58,905 nucleotides of DNA from Phycisphaerae bacterium (lineage in GTDB: Bacteria; Planctomycetota; Phycisphaerae; Sedimentisphaerales; UBA12454). The stretch is taken from contig JAPLMW010000028.1 in NCBI GenBank assembly GCA_026386845.1, positions 68,729 through 127,633 of the forward strand, in the 5' to 3' direction. Position 1 is the stretch's first letter. Each line of letters starts with the position of its first letter. The position numbers were made by a program, and so were the translations under genes. Positions 27,775 to 38,119 of this stretch are shown in pieces. The notes under the pieces are model-generated. The model ran no database searches and was not told where the DNA came from. It saw only the letters and a program-made list of their open reading frames with translations.

Positions 27775-29961
27775 CTAAGAAACGATTAACTGAGTTTCAT
27801 ACAAGCTGCGATAAACCGGGCAGTTTTCCATCAATTCTTCGTGCTTGCCCTGCGCAACTATATGCCCCTTATCCATCACTACTATTATATCCGATGATAT
27901 TATGGTGCTGAAACGATGCGCTATTATAAAACTAGTCCTGTCCCGCATCAATTCCTCCAGCACCTTATGTATCTTGGCCTCGCTATCGGCGTCAACCTGG
28001 CTCATCGCCTCGTCAAAAATAAGTATTGACGGATTTTTCACTATCGCCCGAGCTATAACTATGCGCTGCAGCTGCCCTCCGCTGAAGCCGCTGCCATTTT
28101 CGCCTATAACCGTGTCATAACCGTCCGGCAGAGGCTCTATGAATTCATGGACATAGGAACGCTTCGCTGCCGTAATAATATCCTCCATTGTCGCATAAGG
28201 ATTGCCGTAGCCGATATTCGCCGCTATCGTATCGTTAAACGTAACAACATTTTGAGTAACCATCGCTATATGGCCGCGCAGAGACCTGAGCGTGCAATTC
28301 TTTATATCGATACCGTCTATTAGAATCCTGCCGCTGTCCGGACTGAAAAAACGAGGCAGCAGATTTATAAGCGTCGTCTTACCGGAACCGTTAGGCCCTA
28401 CTATCGCTATGTTATGACCGGCTTTGACCAACAAACTGACCTTCTTCAACACAGGCTCCGCACAATTCGGATAGGTAAATACAATATCCTGAAATTCTAT
28501 TTTGTCCCTGATTTGTTCAATTTCCACCGAGCCCGGCTCTTCATATTCAACCGGACTATCGAGAAGCTGAAAAACTCTATCGCCGGCCGCGTTACAATCC
28601 TGTATCTGATTCCACACATCGCTGGTTTTGCGAACCGATTCTGCCGCTACGCCAAGTGCAATTAGTAAACCGAAAAAGGTGCTGGCCTGCATATTGGCAT
28701 TCGTAACCCAAATTATGCCCAAAAGAAGCGCCGCTGAACCGGCAATCATACCGAGAACATCCAGCAAAGGCATTGTTATAGAATCAACTTTGGCCAAACG
28801 AAGCGTCTGCTTGAGAAGTTTTTGGCTTATACTATTGTAAATGTCAGCTTCGTACTTCTGCCGATTATATACCTTTACAACTCGAACCGCAGAAATGGTC
28901 TCCTGAAGTTTGCCGAGCATAACGGCTGTGCTGCGAAGAGACCTGCCGGAATATTTACGTATCCTGCGGCCAAAAAGAGCCATAAGATATATTACAAGAG
29001 GCGCAAGCGACAAGAAAATCAGCGTTAACTTGAAACTCAACAGCATCGCGGCAACCAGCATAAAAACCGCCTTCAGCGGCTCCTGAAGGCTTTTGCCAAG
29101 CAATACACGGATGCCTTTGCCTATGCCGTTAACATCGCCTATCATTCTACTTACCGCATCAGAAGTGCCGTAAGTCGTAAAGTACCCGACAGGCATATAC
29201 ATCGCATGCTCAAAAAGCTCCTCACGAAGCTGAGCGGTGGCAACCTGCACAATCTTGGCGCCTAAATACTTTTGAATAAATGTGCCAATGCAACGGAATA
29301 TAGTTACCACCATCATCGCAACAATTATAAAAATCACGGCGTCCTTACGGGCTTCCTTGGAATTGTCTCGAGGCAAAAGACTTAATGCCTTCTGTACGTT
29401 CTCCATTACAACCCACTTTACTCCCCACTGCCAGCGGGCAGCAAAACCGGCATTGTCGTACAGCCAGCCAGCGGGCTTTCTCATTACAAGCTGCATCGAT
29501 AAAGCCTCAGCATTGCTGATTCTGCGAATGTTCATTTTCAAGAAACCATCACCGGACGCCGAGGCAAGCTGCTCCAATACTTTGGTCGATAACTCCTTTG
29601 TCGCAACATCATTCGAATCTTCACTGACAGAAATTATCACGTCACTTACTTTAAAACCGGCCTGCTCAGCAAGACCGCCCTTTTTCACCTTAAGCACCTT
29701 CAAACCATAAAGCATCTCCTCGTTGTGAAGGATATCCGTCGTATCTGGGACATAAAAATCCATTCCATACCGCCACTGGCAGGTACTGCGGTCTATCCAG
29801 CCGTGAAGACCTTCCTCGCCCATCATCACCTTCAGCAGAGGTATAACTGTCATAAAACTTAATGAAAACAGCAAACTGACTATAACCACAGACAGCAATA
29901 CCACCAGTACATTGCCCCATTGTGGCCAAACATACTTCCATATACGCCAAAATGAATCCAT
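27775..29961 (-). CDS. MsbA-like ABC exporter (TMD+NBD) with a PDZ-like insert in the first extracytoplasmic loop
   Basis: GPNGSGKT, FSGGQ, ILIFDE, IAHR; large loop after TM1 containing GLKVLKVKKGGLAEQAGFKVSDVIISV; ATG 29961 has a GGAG RBS. Confidence 0.88.
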   Translation of the reverse strand: MDSFWRIWKYVWPQWGNVLVVLLSVVIVSLLFSLSFMTVIPLLKVMMGEEGLHGWIDRSTCQWRYGMDFYVPDTTDILHNEEMLYGLKVLKVKKGGLAEQAGFKVSDVIISVSEDSNDVATKELSTKVLEQLASASGDGFLKMNIRRISNAEALSMQLVMRKPAGWLYDNAGFAARWQWGVKWVVMENVQKALSLLPRDNSKEARKDAVIFIIVAMMVVTIFRCIGTFIQKYLGAKIVQVATAQLREELFEHAMYMPVGYFTTYGTSDAVSRMIGDVNGIGKGIRVLLGKSLQEPLKAVFMLVAAMLLSFKLTLIFLSLAPLVIYLMALFGRRIRKYSGRSLRSTAVMLGKLQETISAVRVVKVYNRQKYEADIYNSISQKLLKQTLRLAKVDSITMPLLDVLGMIAGSAALLLGIIWVTNANMQASTFFGLLIALGVAAESVRKTSDVWNQIQDCNAAGDRVFQLLDSPVEYEEPGSVEIEQIRDKIEFQDIVFTYPNCAEPVLKKVSLLVKAGHNIAIVGPNGSGKTTLINLLPRFFSPDSGRILIDGIDIKNCTLRSLRGHIAMVTQNVVTFNDTIAANIGYGNPYATMEDIITAAKRSYVHEFIEPLPDGYDTVIGENGSGFSGGQLQRIVIARAIVKNPSILIFDEAMSQVDADSEAKIHKVLEELMRDRTSFIIAHRFSTIISSDIIVVMDKGHIVAQGKHEELMENCPVYRSLYETQLIVS

Positions 29962-30096
29962 TAAATATCTCCGGTTTAATCTGCGCAATATGCGCAAAAA
30001 GGAATCCCAGATACTAAGAAAATGTCAGGTATCTGTCAAGGAATTTAAAAACGCCTAACCATAACAAATATAACCTGTTAAAACAGGCAAAAACAA

Positions 30097-30124
30097 TTGA
30101 CATTGGCCTCATTTTGGCTATCAT
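30097..30124 (+). promoter_or_regulatory. sigma70-type promoter of the polysaccharide operon
   Basis: TTGACA-N16-TATCAT. Confidence 0.6.
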
Positions 30125-30165
30125 CGGCGGTAAATCATTTATTACATTCAGACAGAGAGTATTAT

Positions 30166-30930
30166 ATGAAAGCTGTTATTTTGGCCGGCGGGTTCGGCAC
30201 AAGAATTACCGAAGAAAGCTTCTTGAAACCAAAGCCGATGGTTGAAATCGGTGAAAAACCCCTCCTCTGGCATATTATGAAAATTTACTCCCACTACGGC
30301 ATAAATGAGTTCATCGTATGCTGCGGGTACAAGGGATATATGATTAAAGAATATTTCGCAAATTACTTCCTGCATATGTCAGACGTTACTTTCGATATGC
30401 AGTCAAACAAAATGCAGATACATCAAAAACACTCTGAACCATGGAAAGTTACCCTGGTTGATACCGGCATCGATACAATGACCGGCGGCAGACTAAAACG
30501 CGTAGCGAAATATATCGGCAATGAAACTTTCTGCTTTACCTACGGAGACGGCCTGGCCGATATCGACATTAACAAACTTATCGACTTCCACAAACAACAA
30601 AAAGCCCTTGCAACCGTAACCGGGATTCAATCGATTGGAAGATTTGGAGCACTCGATATAAAAAATGACCGAGTTGTAAAATTCAAAGAAAAGCCGGAGG
30701 GAATATGGATTAGCGGCGGATTTTTTGTCCTTGAACCGCAGGTAATTGACCTTCTGAAAAACGATCAGACCGTATGGGAAAAAGAACCCCTCGAGCACCT
30801 TTCAAAAACAAAACAATTAGCTGTCTATCTGCACAACGGCTTTTGGGCGGCTATGGACACTCTCAGAGATAAAAATCATCTCGAATCGCTCTGGCAAAGC
30901 GGAAAAGCTCCCTGGAAAATATGGCAATAA
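30166..30930 (+). CDS. rfbF: Glucose-1-phosphate cytidylyltransferase
   Basis: MKAVILAGGFGTRI.EE...PKPMVEIG, TMTGGRLKR, TYGDG, GFWAAMDTLRDK. Confidence 0.96.
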   Translation: MKAVILAGGFGTRITEESFLKPKPMVEIGEKPLLWHIMKIYSHYGINEFIVCCGYKGYMIKEYFANYFLHMSDVTFDMQSNKMQIHQKHSEPWKVTLVDTGIDTMTGGRLKRVAKYIGNETFCFTYGDGLADIDINKLIDFHKQQKALATVTGIQSIGRFGALDIKNDRVVKFKEKPEGIWISGGFFVLEPQVIDLLKNDQTVWEKEPLEHLSKTKQLAVYLHNGFWAAMDTLRDKNHLESLWQSGKAPWKIWQ

Positions 30931-31988
30931 ACAAAAAATTCTGGGAAAAAAAGACCATCCTCATAACCGGCCATACAGGATTCAAAGGCTCCTGGCTGTC
31001 TATATGGCTAAATATGCTCGGTGCAAATCTGCACGGATATGCCCTCAAACCGGATACAAAGCCGAATATGTTCGAGATTGCCGGCGTTAAAAAAATTATA
31101 AAATCAAATATCAGTGATATCCGGGATTATAATAAGCTCCTGGCTGTGATGAAAAAATGCCAGCCGCAGATTATTTTCCATCTGGCAGCTCAGCCGCTTG
31201 TCCGTCAGTCCTACAAAGACCCGCTCGAAACATATCAGACAAATATCCTCGGCACAGCGAACCTGCTTGAAGCTGTAAGATATGTCAAGTCTGTCCGGGC
31301 CGTAATCGTCATCACAAGCGACAAGTGCTACGAAAATAAAGAATCAAATTACGCCTATAAAGAATCCGACCCTCTTGGCGGTTATGACCCATACAGCTCA
31401 AGTAAGGCCTGTGCTGAAATAGTAACCGCAACATATAGAAATTCATTTTTCGCAGATTCTAATGTTGCTGTCGCATCGGCAAGAGCCGGAAACGTCATCG
31501 GCGGCGGCGACTGGGCAGCCGACAGACTCGTTCCGGATTGTATTAAGGCATGGATAAAAAATAAAATTGTCGAAATAAGATACCCCAAAGCCGTCCGACC
31601 CTGGCAGCACGTGCTTGAACCGCTGGCGGGATATATCATTCTCGCCGAAAAACTCTGCAAAAATGGCAGAAAATTTGCCCGTGCGTGGAATTTCGGGCCG
31701 GATGAAAAAAATACTAAAAACGTCGCTTTTGTCGTTGATAATATCGCTAAACTGTGGGGCAAAAAAGCCAAATGGAAAATAACGACTGCGAAACAGCCGC
31801 ACGAAGCAATGTTATTAAAACTTAAATGTTTAAAGGCCAAATCAGAATTGCTGTGGAAACCAGTCTGGAATATCGAAAAGACACTTGAAAAAACCGTCCA
31901 ATGGTATAAAACTTATCTGGAAAATCCCAAAAACATCATAGATACGACAACTGGACAAATAAATCAGTATATGAAAGATTCGAAATGA
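30921..31988 (+). CDS. rfbG: CDP-glucose 4,6-dehydratase
   Basis: TGHTGFKGSW, HLAAQPLV, TSDKCYEN, DPYSSSK, RPWQHVLEPL. Confidence 0.96.
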   Translation: MAINKKFWEKKTILITGHTGFKGSWLSIWLNMLGANLHGYALKPDTKPNMFEIAGVKKIIKSNISDIRDYNKLLAVMKKCQPQIIFHLAAQPLVRQSYKDPLETYQTNILGTANLLEAVRYVKSVRAVIVITSDKCYENKESNYAYKESDPLGGYDPYSSSKACAEIVTATYRNSFFADSNVAVASARAGNVIGGGDWAADRLVPDCIKAWIKNKIVEIRYPKAVRPWQHVLEPLAGYIILAEKLCKNGRKFARAWNFGPDEKNTKNVAFVVDNIAKLWGKKAKWKITTAKQPHEAMLLKLKCLKAKSELLWKPVWNIEKTLEKTVQWYKTYLENPKNIIDTTTGQINQYMKDSK

Positions 31989-33340
31989 GTTTGCCAAAAG
32001 GATTAAAGCAAACCGAAAAAAAACTAAAAACACAGGCATTCCTGCTTGCTAAAAAATATTATAAACTTGTCCACCAACCGCAGCAGAAAAAAGAATTTAT
32101 TCCCGGCAAATCACGCATAAACTATAGCGGACGATTCTATAATGAAAAGGAATTAATAAACCTCATTGACAGCAGTTTCGATTTTTGGCTTACCGCCGGG
32201 CCTTATACCGAAAAATTTGAAAAACTGCTGGCTGAAAAGATAGGTGTTAAATACTGCTGCTTTGTAAACTCAGGCTCCAGTGCAAATCTTCTGGCTGTTA
32301 TGGCATTGACTTCGCCTCTGCTGAGAGACAGGCAGCTTTGTTCCAAAGATGAGGTGATAACCGTTGCTGCAGGATTCCCAACTACAGTAACTCCGATTAT
32401 CCAGACCGGTGCGATACCCGTATTCGTCGATATTACCATACCACAGTACAATATCGACGTTAAAATGCTTCAAAAAGCTTTGTCTAAGAAAACTAAAGCT
32501 GTCATAGTCGCACATACCCTCGGAAATCCTTTCGATATCGACAAAGTTGTCGCTTTTTGCAAAAAACATAATCTCTGGCTGATTGAAGATAACTGCGATT
32601 CGCTCGGCTCAATCTATAAAAACAGGTCCACCGGCTCATTTGGCGACATAGCGACAAGCAGTTTTTATCCGCCCCATCATATAACCACCGGAGAAGGCGG
32701 AGCAGTCTATACAAATAATCCTGTATTAAACCGTATCATTCTATCGCTGCGTGATTGGGGCAGAGATTGCTTTTGTCCCAGCGGTAAAGATAACACCTGC
32801 AAAAAAAGATTTTCTCAGCAGTTAGGCCAGCTTCCTTTTGGATACGACCATAAATATACCTACAGCCATTTTGGCTATAATCTCAAGGCGACTGACCTGC
32901 AGGCCTCTATCGGCTGTGCCCAGCTTGAAAAATTAGACAGCTTTGCAAGGGCACGAAGAAACAATTGGCAAATTCTTTATGATGGGTTGAAAAACCTTGA
33001 AGAATTTTTCATATTACCGCAGCCGCAGAAAGACTCAAAACCGAGTTGGTTCGGCTTTATGCTTACGGTCAGACAAAATGCCCCTTTCAGCCGTGATGAT
33101 ATTGTCCGGTATCTCGAACAGAATAATATTCAGACCCGGATGCTGTTTGCGGGCAATTTTCTTCGCCAGCCGGCCTTTGACCGGATGCGAAAACAGAAAA
33201 ACACCTATAAAATCATTGGCAAACTTAAAAACACAGATATTATAATGAATAACAGTTTCTGGCTCGGCGTTTATCCTGGCTTGAACAAACCAATGCTGGA
33301 TTTTATAATTAAAAAAATACGAAGGTTTTCGCGAAGATGA
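31985..33340 (+). CDS. rfbH: CDP-4-keto-6-deoxyglucose 3-dehydrase (E1, DdhC)
   Basis: NSGSSANL, EDNCD, SFYPPHHITTGEGG (His in place of the PLP Lys), RDWGRDCFC...DNTC Fe-S Cys, GYDHKY. Confidence 0.95.
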   Translation: MSLPKGLKQTEKKLKTQAFLLAKKYYKLVHQPQQKKEFIPGKSRINYSGRFYNEKELINLIDSSFDFWLTAGPYTEKFEKLLAEKIGVKYCCFVNSGSSANLLAVMALTSPLLRDRQLCSKDEVITVAAGFPTTVTPIIQTGAIPVFVDITIPQYNIDVKMLQKALSKKTKAVIVAHTLGNPFDIDKVVAFCKKHNLWLIEDNCDSLGSIYKNRSTGSFGDIATSSFYPPHHITTGEGGAVYTNNPVLNRIILSLRDWGRDCFCPSGKDNTCKKRFSQQLGQLPFGYDHKYTYSHFGYNLKATDLQASIGCAQLEKLDSFARARRNNWQILYDGLKNLEEFFILPQPQKDSKPSWFGFMLTVRQNAPFSRDDIVRYLEQNNIQTRMLFAGNFLRQPAFDRMRKQKNTYKIIGKLKNTDIIMNNSFWLGVYPGLNKPMLDFIIKKIRRFSRR

Positions 33341-34224
33341 AAAAGATAAAAGTTGGAATCATTGGCACTGGTAATATAGGTACCGATCTATTAATAAAGA
33401 TACAGCGATCTGATGTGTTGCAATGCAGCATTTTTATGGGTAGGAATCCTGATTCAATCGGTATTAGAAAAGCCGAATCGATGGGGGTCAGAACCTCGCT
33501 AGACTCAATCGATGCTATCGTGAAAGACCCATCCTGCTGTGAAATTGTATTTGATGCTACGTCGGCAAAAGCCCATTTTTATAATGCACCGATACTTAAA
33601 AAACTAGGTAAGTACACTATTGACCTGACTCCTTCGCAGGTAGGCAAAATGTGCGTGCCTGCGATTAATATGTCTGAATGCCTTGATGTCGACAACGTCA
33701 ACCTTGTAACGTGCGGCGGACAGGCGGTAATACCGCTTGTGGATGCAATAATGCGAGTTCATCCGGATACCAGCTATGTTGAGGTAGTTGCCAGTATTTC
33801 TTCAAAGTCGGCAGGTGCGGGAACAAGAGCAAATATTGACGAATTCACCCAAACAACAAAAGACGCAATAATATCATTGGCTAATGCACCAAAAGCTAAA
33901 GCGATAATTGTCCTCAATCCTGCTGAACCCCCCATGCTTATGCATAATACAATATATGCCAAAATTGATAGGCCGGATATCGACAGGTTAAGGGATGAGA
34001 TATTATCTGCCGCTGAAAAAATTCAGGATTACGTACCCGGATATAAGGTAACCCTTGGTCCTGCAGCAGAGCGTGGAAGGGTCACGACTATGATAGAGGT
34101 TGTCGGACTGGGTGATTACCTACCAAAGTATTCAGGAAATCTGGACATTATTACTTGTGCAGCAGTTAGAGTTGCGGAGGAATATGCCGGAAATAGAATT
34201 TTGAAAATGGGAATCAGACGGTGA
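33337..34224 (+). CDS. Acetaldehyde dehydrogenase (acylating), DmpF/MhpF family
   Basis: IIGTGNIGTDL, VFDATSAKAH, NLVTCGGQA, SAGAGTRANIDEF, GDYLPKYSGNLDI. Confidence 0.93.
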   Translation: MKKIKVGIIGTGNIGTDLLIKIQRSDVLQCSIFMGRNPDSIGIRKAESMGVRTSLDSIDAIVKDPSCCEIVFDATSAKAHFYNAPILKKLGKYTIDLTPSQVGKMCVPAINMSECLDVDNVNLVTCGGQAVIPLVDAIMRVHPDTSYVEVVASISSKSAGAGTRANIDEFTQTTKDAIISLANAPKAKAIIVLNPAEPPMLMHNTIYAKIDRPDIDRLRDEILSAAEKIQDYVPGYKVTLGPAAERGRVTTMIEVVGLGDYLPKYSGNLDIITCAAVRVAEEYAGNRILKMGIRR

Positions 34225-35264
34225 GTGAGATTTTATTTTTCGATTCTACTTTAAGAGACGGCTCTCATGCCGTTAAACACAACCTTGTTGCCGATGATAT
34301 CAGCCAATATTGTCAAAATGCCGACAGCATTGGTTTTCATACGATTATCGTTGGACACGGCAACGGATTGGGAGCATCTTCCCTGCAAGTCGGGGAATCT
34401 GCTATTTCCGATGAGCAGATGTTGACCAGTGCTCGTAAGAATCTCCAGAAAACCCGGCTGGGTGTGTTTCTCATACCAGGATTTGGAACTATAAGAGACG
34501 ATTTGTCTCCTGCGATAGAACTTGGTGTAGATTTAGTTTGTGTAGCGTCACACTGCACCGAGGCAGATGTTACAAAACAGCATATCGAATATTCAAGGCA
34601 AATGGGAAGGGATGCCTATGGAATATTGATGATGCAACACAGGGCATCAAAAGAACAATTATTACAGGAAGCCCTGAAGATGCAGGATTACGGGGCACAG
34701 GGTGTAATTCTAATGGATTCAGCGGGGTCTTCTGTCGTAGATGAAACTGCCGAGAGAATCAGCTATCTGGTTGAACGCCTGAATATAGCTGTGGGTTTTC
34801 ATGCCCATAATAATCTCGGTCTGGCAATAGCAAACTCTTATGTTGCGATAAAAGCTGGTGCATCGATTATTGATGGTACCGTCCGCGGCTTTGGAGCAGG
34901 GTCGGGCAACTGTCAACTGGAAGTCCTTGCAGGGCTTTTGTGGAAACTCAAAATTAATAGCCATCTGGATTTTTTTGGATTGCTTAATTTAAGCGAAAAC
35001 ATTGTGGCGAAAATGATGTTAAAGCCTCAGGGGATAACCGCAACCGGTCTGGTTAGCGGGCTTGCCGGAATATTTTCAGGTTTCGCTCCACATGTAGAGG
35101 AAGCGGCAAAAAGATACGGCGTCTGTCCTTGGGAGTTATTTATTGAACTTGGCAGAAGAAAAATGGTCGCAGGCCAGGAAGATTTTATTGTTGATGTTGC
35201 TATGTATCTGGCTCAAAGAAAAAAAACAGGTGAAGACGGATATCAGATTGAAGCGCTGCTTTGA
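34221..35264 (+). CDS. 4-hydroxy-2-oxovalerate aldolase, DmpG/MhpE family
   Basis: DSTLRDGSHA, VGHGNGLGASS, HCTEAD, GFHAHNNLG, GFGAGSGN, GQED. Confidence 0.93.
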   Translation: MSEILFFDSTLRDGSHAVKHNLVADDISQYCQNADSIGFHTIIVGHGNGLGASSLQVGESAISDEQMLTSARKNLQKTRLGVFLIPGFGTIRDDLSPAIELGVDLVCVASHCTEADVTKQHIEYSRQMGRDAYGILMMQHRASKEQLLQEALKMQDYGAQGVILMDSAGSSVVDETAERISYLVERLNIAVGFHAHNNLGLAIANSYVAIKAGASIIDGTVRGFGAGSGNCQLEVLAGLLWKLKINSHLDFFGLLNLSENIVAKMMLKPQGITATGLVSGLAGIFSGFAPHVEEAAKRYGVCPWELFIELGRRKMVAGQEDFIVDVAMYLAQRKKTGEDGYQIEALL

Positions 35265-35296
35265 TTAAATTGTGAATACATATAGAAAGGTACAAT

Positions 35297-37087
35297 ATGC
35301 GAGTTGCTGATTTTATTTTTAAGTTTCTATCCGATAAAGGGGTCGATGCTGCATTTATGGTCTCTGGCGGACAAGCAATGTTTCTCGTTGATGCCCTGTA
35401 TCAAAATAGAAATATCGATACGATATGCACTCACCACGAACAGGCTGCGGGGATGTCAGCAGACGCGTACGGCAGATATAAAGGCCCGATTGGCGTTGCT
35501 CTGGTTACGGCAGGTCCCGGCGGCATTAATGTTCTCAACGGTGTAGTGGGTGGATGGACAGACTCGTCTCCCATGATGATTATTTCCGGACAATCCGCGT
35601 TATCACATGTACAATACCAGGAAAATACCGGTATTCGACAATCCGGGATACAGGGAATCAATATAAAACCGATGGTCAAATGTGTAACAAAATATTTTGT
35701 GACGGTCGATGACCCTAATAAGATATTGTACTATATGCAGAAGGCTTATCATCTTGCGACTACCGGCAGACCGGGACCTGTATGGATTGATGTCCCCATC
35801 GACATTCAAAAAATGGAAGTCTCCAACAAGTTATTAGAAGAATATTGCCCATCAACCGAGAACTCGGAAATATTCCAGAATGAAGACCATATAGAGGAAG
35901 TTTTGAAATTGCTTGAATCATCGCAGCGGCCTTTATTTCTCGCTGGCCAGGGTATTAGATTAGCGGATGCCGTTGAGAAGTTTAATGACATTATAAACAA
36001 GTTGAAAATGCCGATTATAACTTCCCGGTTGGGCATTGACCTGATTCACAGCGACAGTGAATTGTATGTTGGCCGCCCGGGTATATACGGCGAACGTTCC
36101 GCGAATTTTGCCATTCAAAATGCAGATTTACTTATTGCAGTAGGTTGTCGATTAGCGTCTGCTTTGATAGGTTATAATCCCAAAGACTTTGCCAGGAATG
36201 CCAAGATAGCTATCGTAGATATAGACATGAAAGAACTCGAAAAACCCATTGCAGAGAGAGCTTTGAAAATCCGTTGCGATGCTAAAGTCTTTCTGAAAAA
36301 TCTGCTATCTCGTCTCGATGAGGTAGATATTGCAAACTATGATAAATGGATTAAAAAATGTAATGAATGGAAAGAAAAGTATCCCGTTGTTTTGCCTTCA
36401 TACAAAGATGAAAAACCGGTAAACTCTTATTACTTTACAGATAAATTATCTCAGGCCGCAAGCTGTGATGATGCTATAGTAGTCGATACTGGTTCTTGTT
36501 TTCATGTGGCTTGTCAGACTTGGAAAATTAAAAAAGGCCAGCGTTTTCTGACAACAGGAGGAATTTCAACAATGGGATATTGGCCGGCGGCAATAGGCGC
36601 CTGTGTTGCAAATAAAAAACAAAGAACTATAGTAATTACCGGTGATGGTTCACTACAGATGAATATCCAGGAATTCGCTACAATAAAACATTACAATCTC
36701 CCAATAAAAGTAATTATCTTCAATAATAATGGGTATCTGCTTATCAGACATACACAAAAGAACTTTATGGAAGGAAGATTATTTGGAGAAGGACCGGCTA
36801 CCGGTGTATGGTGCCCTGATTCTCTGCGCATCGCCGAAGCCTACGGCATCAAGGGAGTAAGGATTGAGTCGTCAGATGAGGTAGAAGCTAAAATCAAGGA
36901 AGTCATGAGCTGGAATGGACCGGTTATTTGTGATGTAATGACGCCTGAGTGGCAGCTGATTATTCCAAGAGTCTCATCCGAGAAAAAATCTGATGGAACT
37001 CTTGTATCCAGTGCTTATGAGGATATGTATCCATTTCTTGACCGCGGCGAGTTCCGCTCTGAAATGATAATAGAACCCCTCGACTAA
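35297..37087 (+). CDS. ThDP-dependent acetolactate-synthase-like carboligase (YerE-like)
   Basis: HHEQAA, VTAGPG, GRPGPVWIDVP.D, GDGSLQMNIQE...NNNGY; located in a sugar-nucleotide operon. Confidence 0.85.
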   Translation: MRVADFIFKFLSDKGVDAAFMVSGGQAMFLVDALYQNRNIDTICTHHEQAAGMSADAYGRYKGPIGVALVTAGPGGINVLNGVVGGWTDSSPMMIISGQSALSHVQYQENTGIRQSGIQGINIKPMVKCVTKYFVTVDDPNKILYYMQKAYHLATTGRPGPVWIDVPIDIQKMEVSNKLLEEYCPSTENSEIFQNEDHIEEVLKLLESSQRPLFLAGQGIRLADAVEKFNDIINKLKMPIITSRLGIDLIHSDSELYVGRPGIYGERSANFAIQNADLLIAVGCRLASALIGYNPKDFARNAKIAIVDIDMKELEKPIAERALKIRCDAKVFLKNLLSRLDEVDIANYDKWIKKCNEWKEKYPVVLPSYKDEKPVNSYYFTDKLSQAASCDDAIVVDTGSCFHVACQTWKIKKGQRFLTTGGISTMGYWPAAIGACVANKKQRTIVITGDGSLQMNIQEFATIKHYNLPIKVIIFNNNGYLLIRHTQKNFMEGRLFGEGPATGVWCPDSLRIAEAYGIKGVRIESSDEVEAKIKEVMSWNGPVICDVMTPEWQLIIPRVSSEKKSDGTLVSSAYEDMYPFLDRGEFRSEMIIEPLD

Positions 37088-38040
37088 TCCCCGTCCGTTT
37101 CGCTGAATCTGCTCTTTTTAAACAAACGCGGGAGATTTGCCATCAGCAAAATAAAAAATACTATCCGACTATAAGCCAGACGACTGAGACCAAGTTTAAA
37201 CATAGATATTTTCGCATTAAGCCCCCTTTTGCCGAGACCTTCCCGCACAAGCCTTTTGAGCAAATGATAGTGTATTTCTTTCTGCTCTTTTGCGGTGAAC
37301 TGGCCATACATATGCGGGAATTCAAATGCAATGTTTGCAAGAAGCAGCCGTTCTTTAATCAGGCGAAAATCAACACCGTGTATCGCGCTTTCCGACTTAT
37401 CGTGAATTCTTAGAAAACTCAAAATTTCCGGTACTATGTATGCATCGCCGACACCCAGAAGTCTCATCCACATATCAAGGTCGCCAAGCCAGTATTTCCA
37501 CATAAGATTAAATAATCCGATATGCAAATCTTTTCGCCGAAATATCACGCTGCTCGGACTGCCGACCCAGTTGCCGTCAAAAAACAAGCTCTTCTGCCCC
37601 TTTTTCCCGTTAAGTAACCCTGTGTTAGGGAAAAATTTTTCATCACGAACCAAATCACTCTTGCCAAATGCCTTATTAAAAGATGTTGCAAGCGAGACGC
37701 TCGGATTTTTATCCAACACATTCACAAAACCCTCGAGACAGCGAGTATCAAGCAAATCATCTGAAAAAATCGGTTTGATATACTCCCCCCTGCCAAGCAA
37801 AATCCCTCTATTAAGATTGCCTATTACACCAAGATTACTGTCATTAATATAAAAACGTATGCGGCTGTCTTTCGATGCATATTTTTTGATTATCTCAACA
37901 GTTCCATCCGTCGAGCAATTATCCGTAATAATCAGCTCAAAATCACTAAATGTCTGATTCAATACGCTCTCTATGGATTCGCCGACATAATCCTGCCGAT
38001 TATAACAGGGTAAACAGACACTTACTTTCGGTTCCGGCAT
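37084..38040 (-). CDS. Glycosyltransferase family 2
   Basis: VSVCLPCYN, SVLNQT, DNCSTDGT, SDD. Confidence 0.9.
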   Translation of the reverse strand: MPEPKVSVCLPCYNRQDYVGESIESVLNQTFSDFELIITDNCSTDGTVEIIKKYASKDSRIRFYINDSNLGVIGNLNRGILLGRGEYIKPIFSDDLLDTRCLEGFVNVLDKNPSVSLATSFNKAFGKSDLVRDEKFFPNTGLLNGKKGQKSLFFDGNWVGSPSSVIFRRKDLHIGLFNLMWKYWLGDLDMWMRLLGVGDAYIVPEILSFLRIHDKSESAIHGVDFRLIKERLLLANIAFEFPHMYGQFTAKEQKEIHYHLLKRLVREGLGKRGLNAKISMFKLGLSRLAYSRIVFFILLMANLPRLFKKSRFSETDGD

Positions 38041-38119
38041 AAATAATCTTCCCTGAATTTTGGTTGCTCTAATCAGTCATTACAATATAATGTTTATCGT
38101 TATTTAGCAATCGAAATTT

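Noticed and set aside
30126-30133. GGCGGTAA as an ops/RfaH element before rfbF
   Set aside because: Imperfect match, and it overlaps the predicted transcription start, so it would barely be transcribed
33337-35264. Aromatic meta-cleavage pathway
   Set aside because: No upstream catabolic enzymes; the genes are translationally coupled to CDP-sugar genes
35297-37087. Housekeeping ilvB
   Set aside because: No ilvN/ilvC nearby; sugar-locus context favours a YerE-like carboligase
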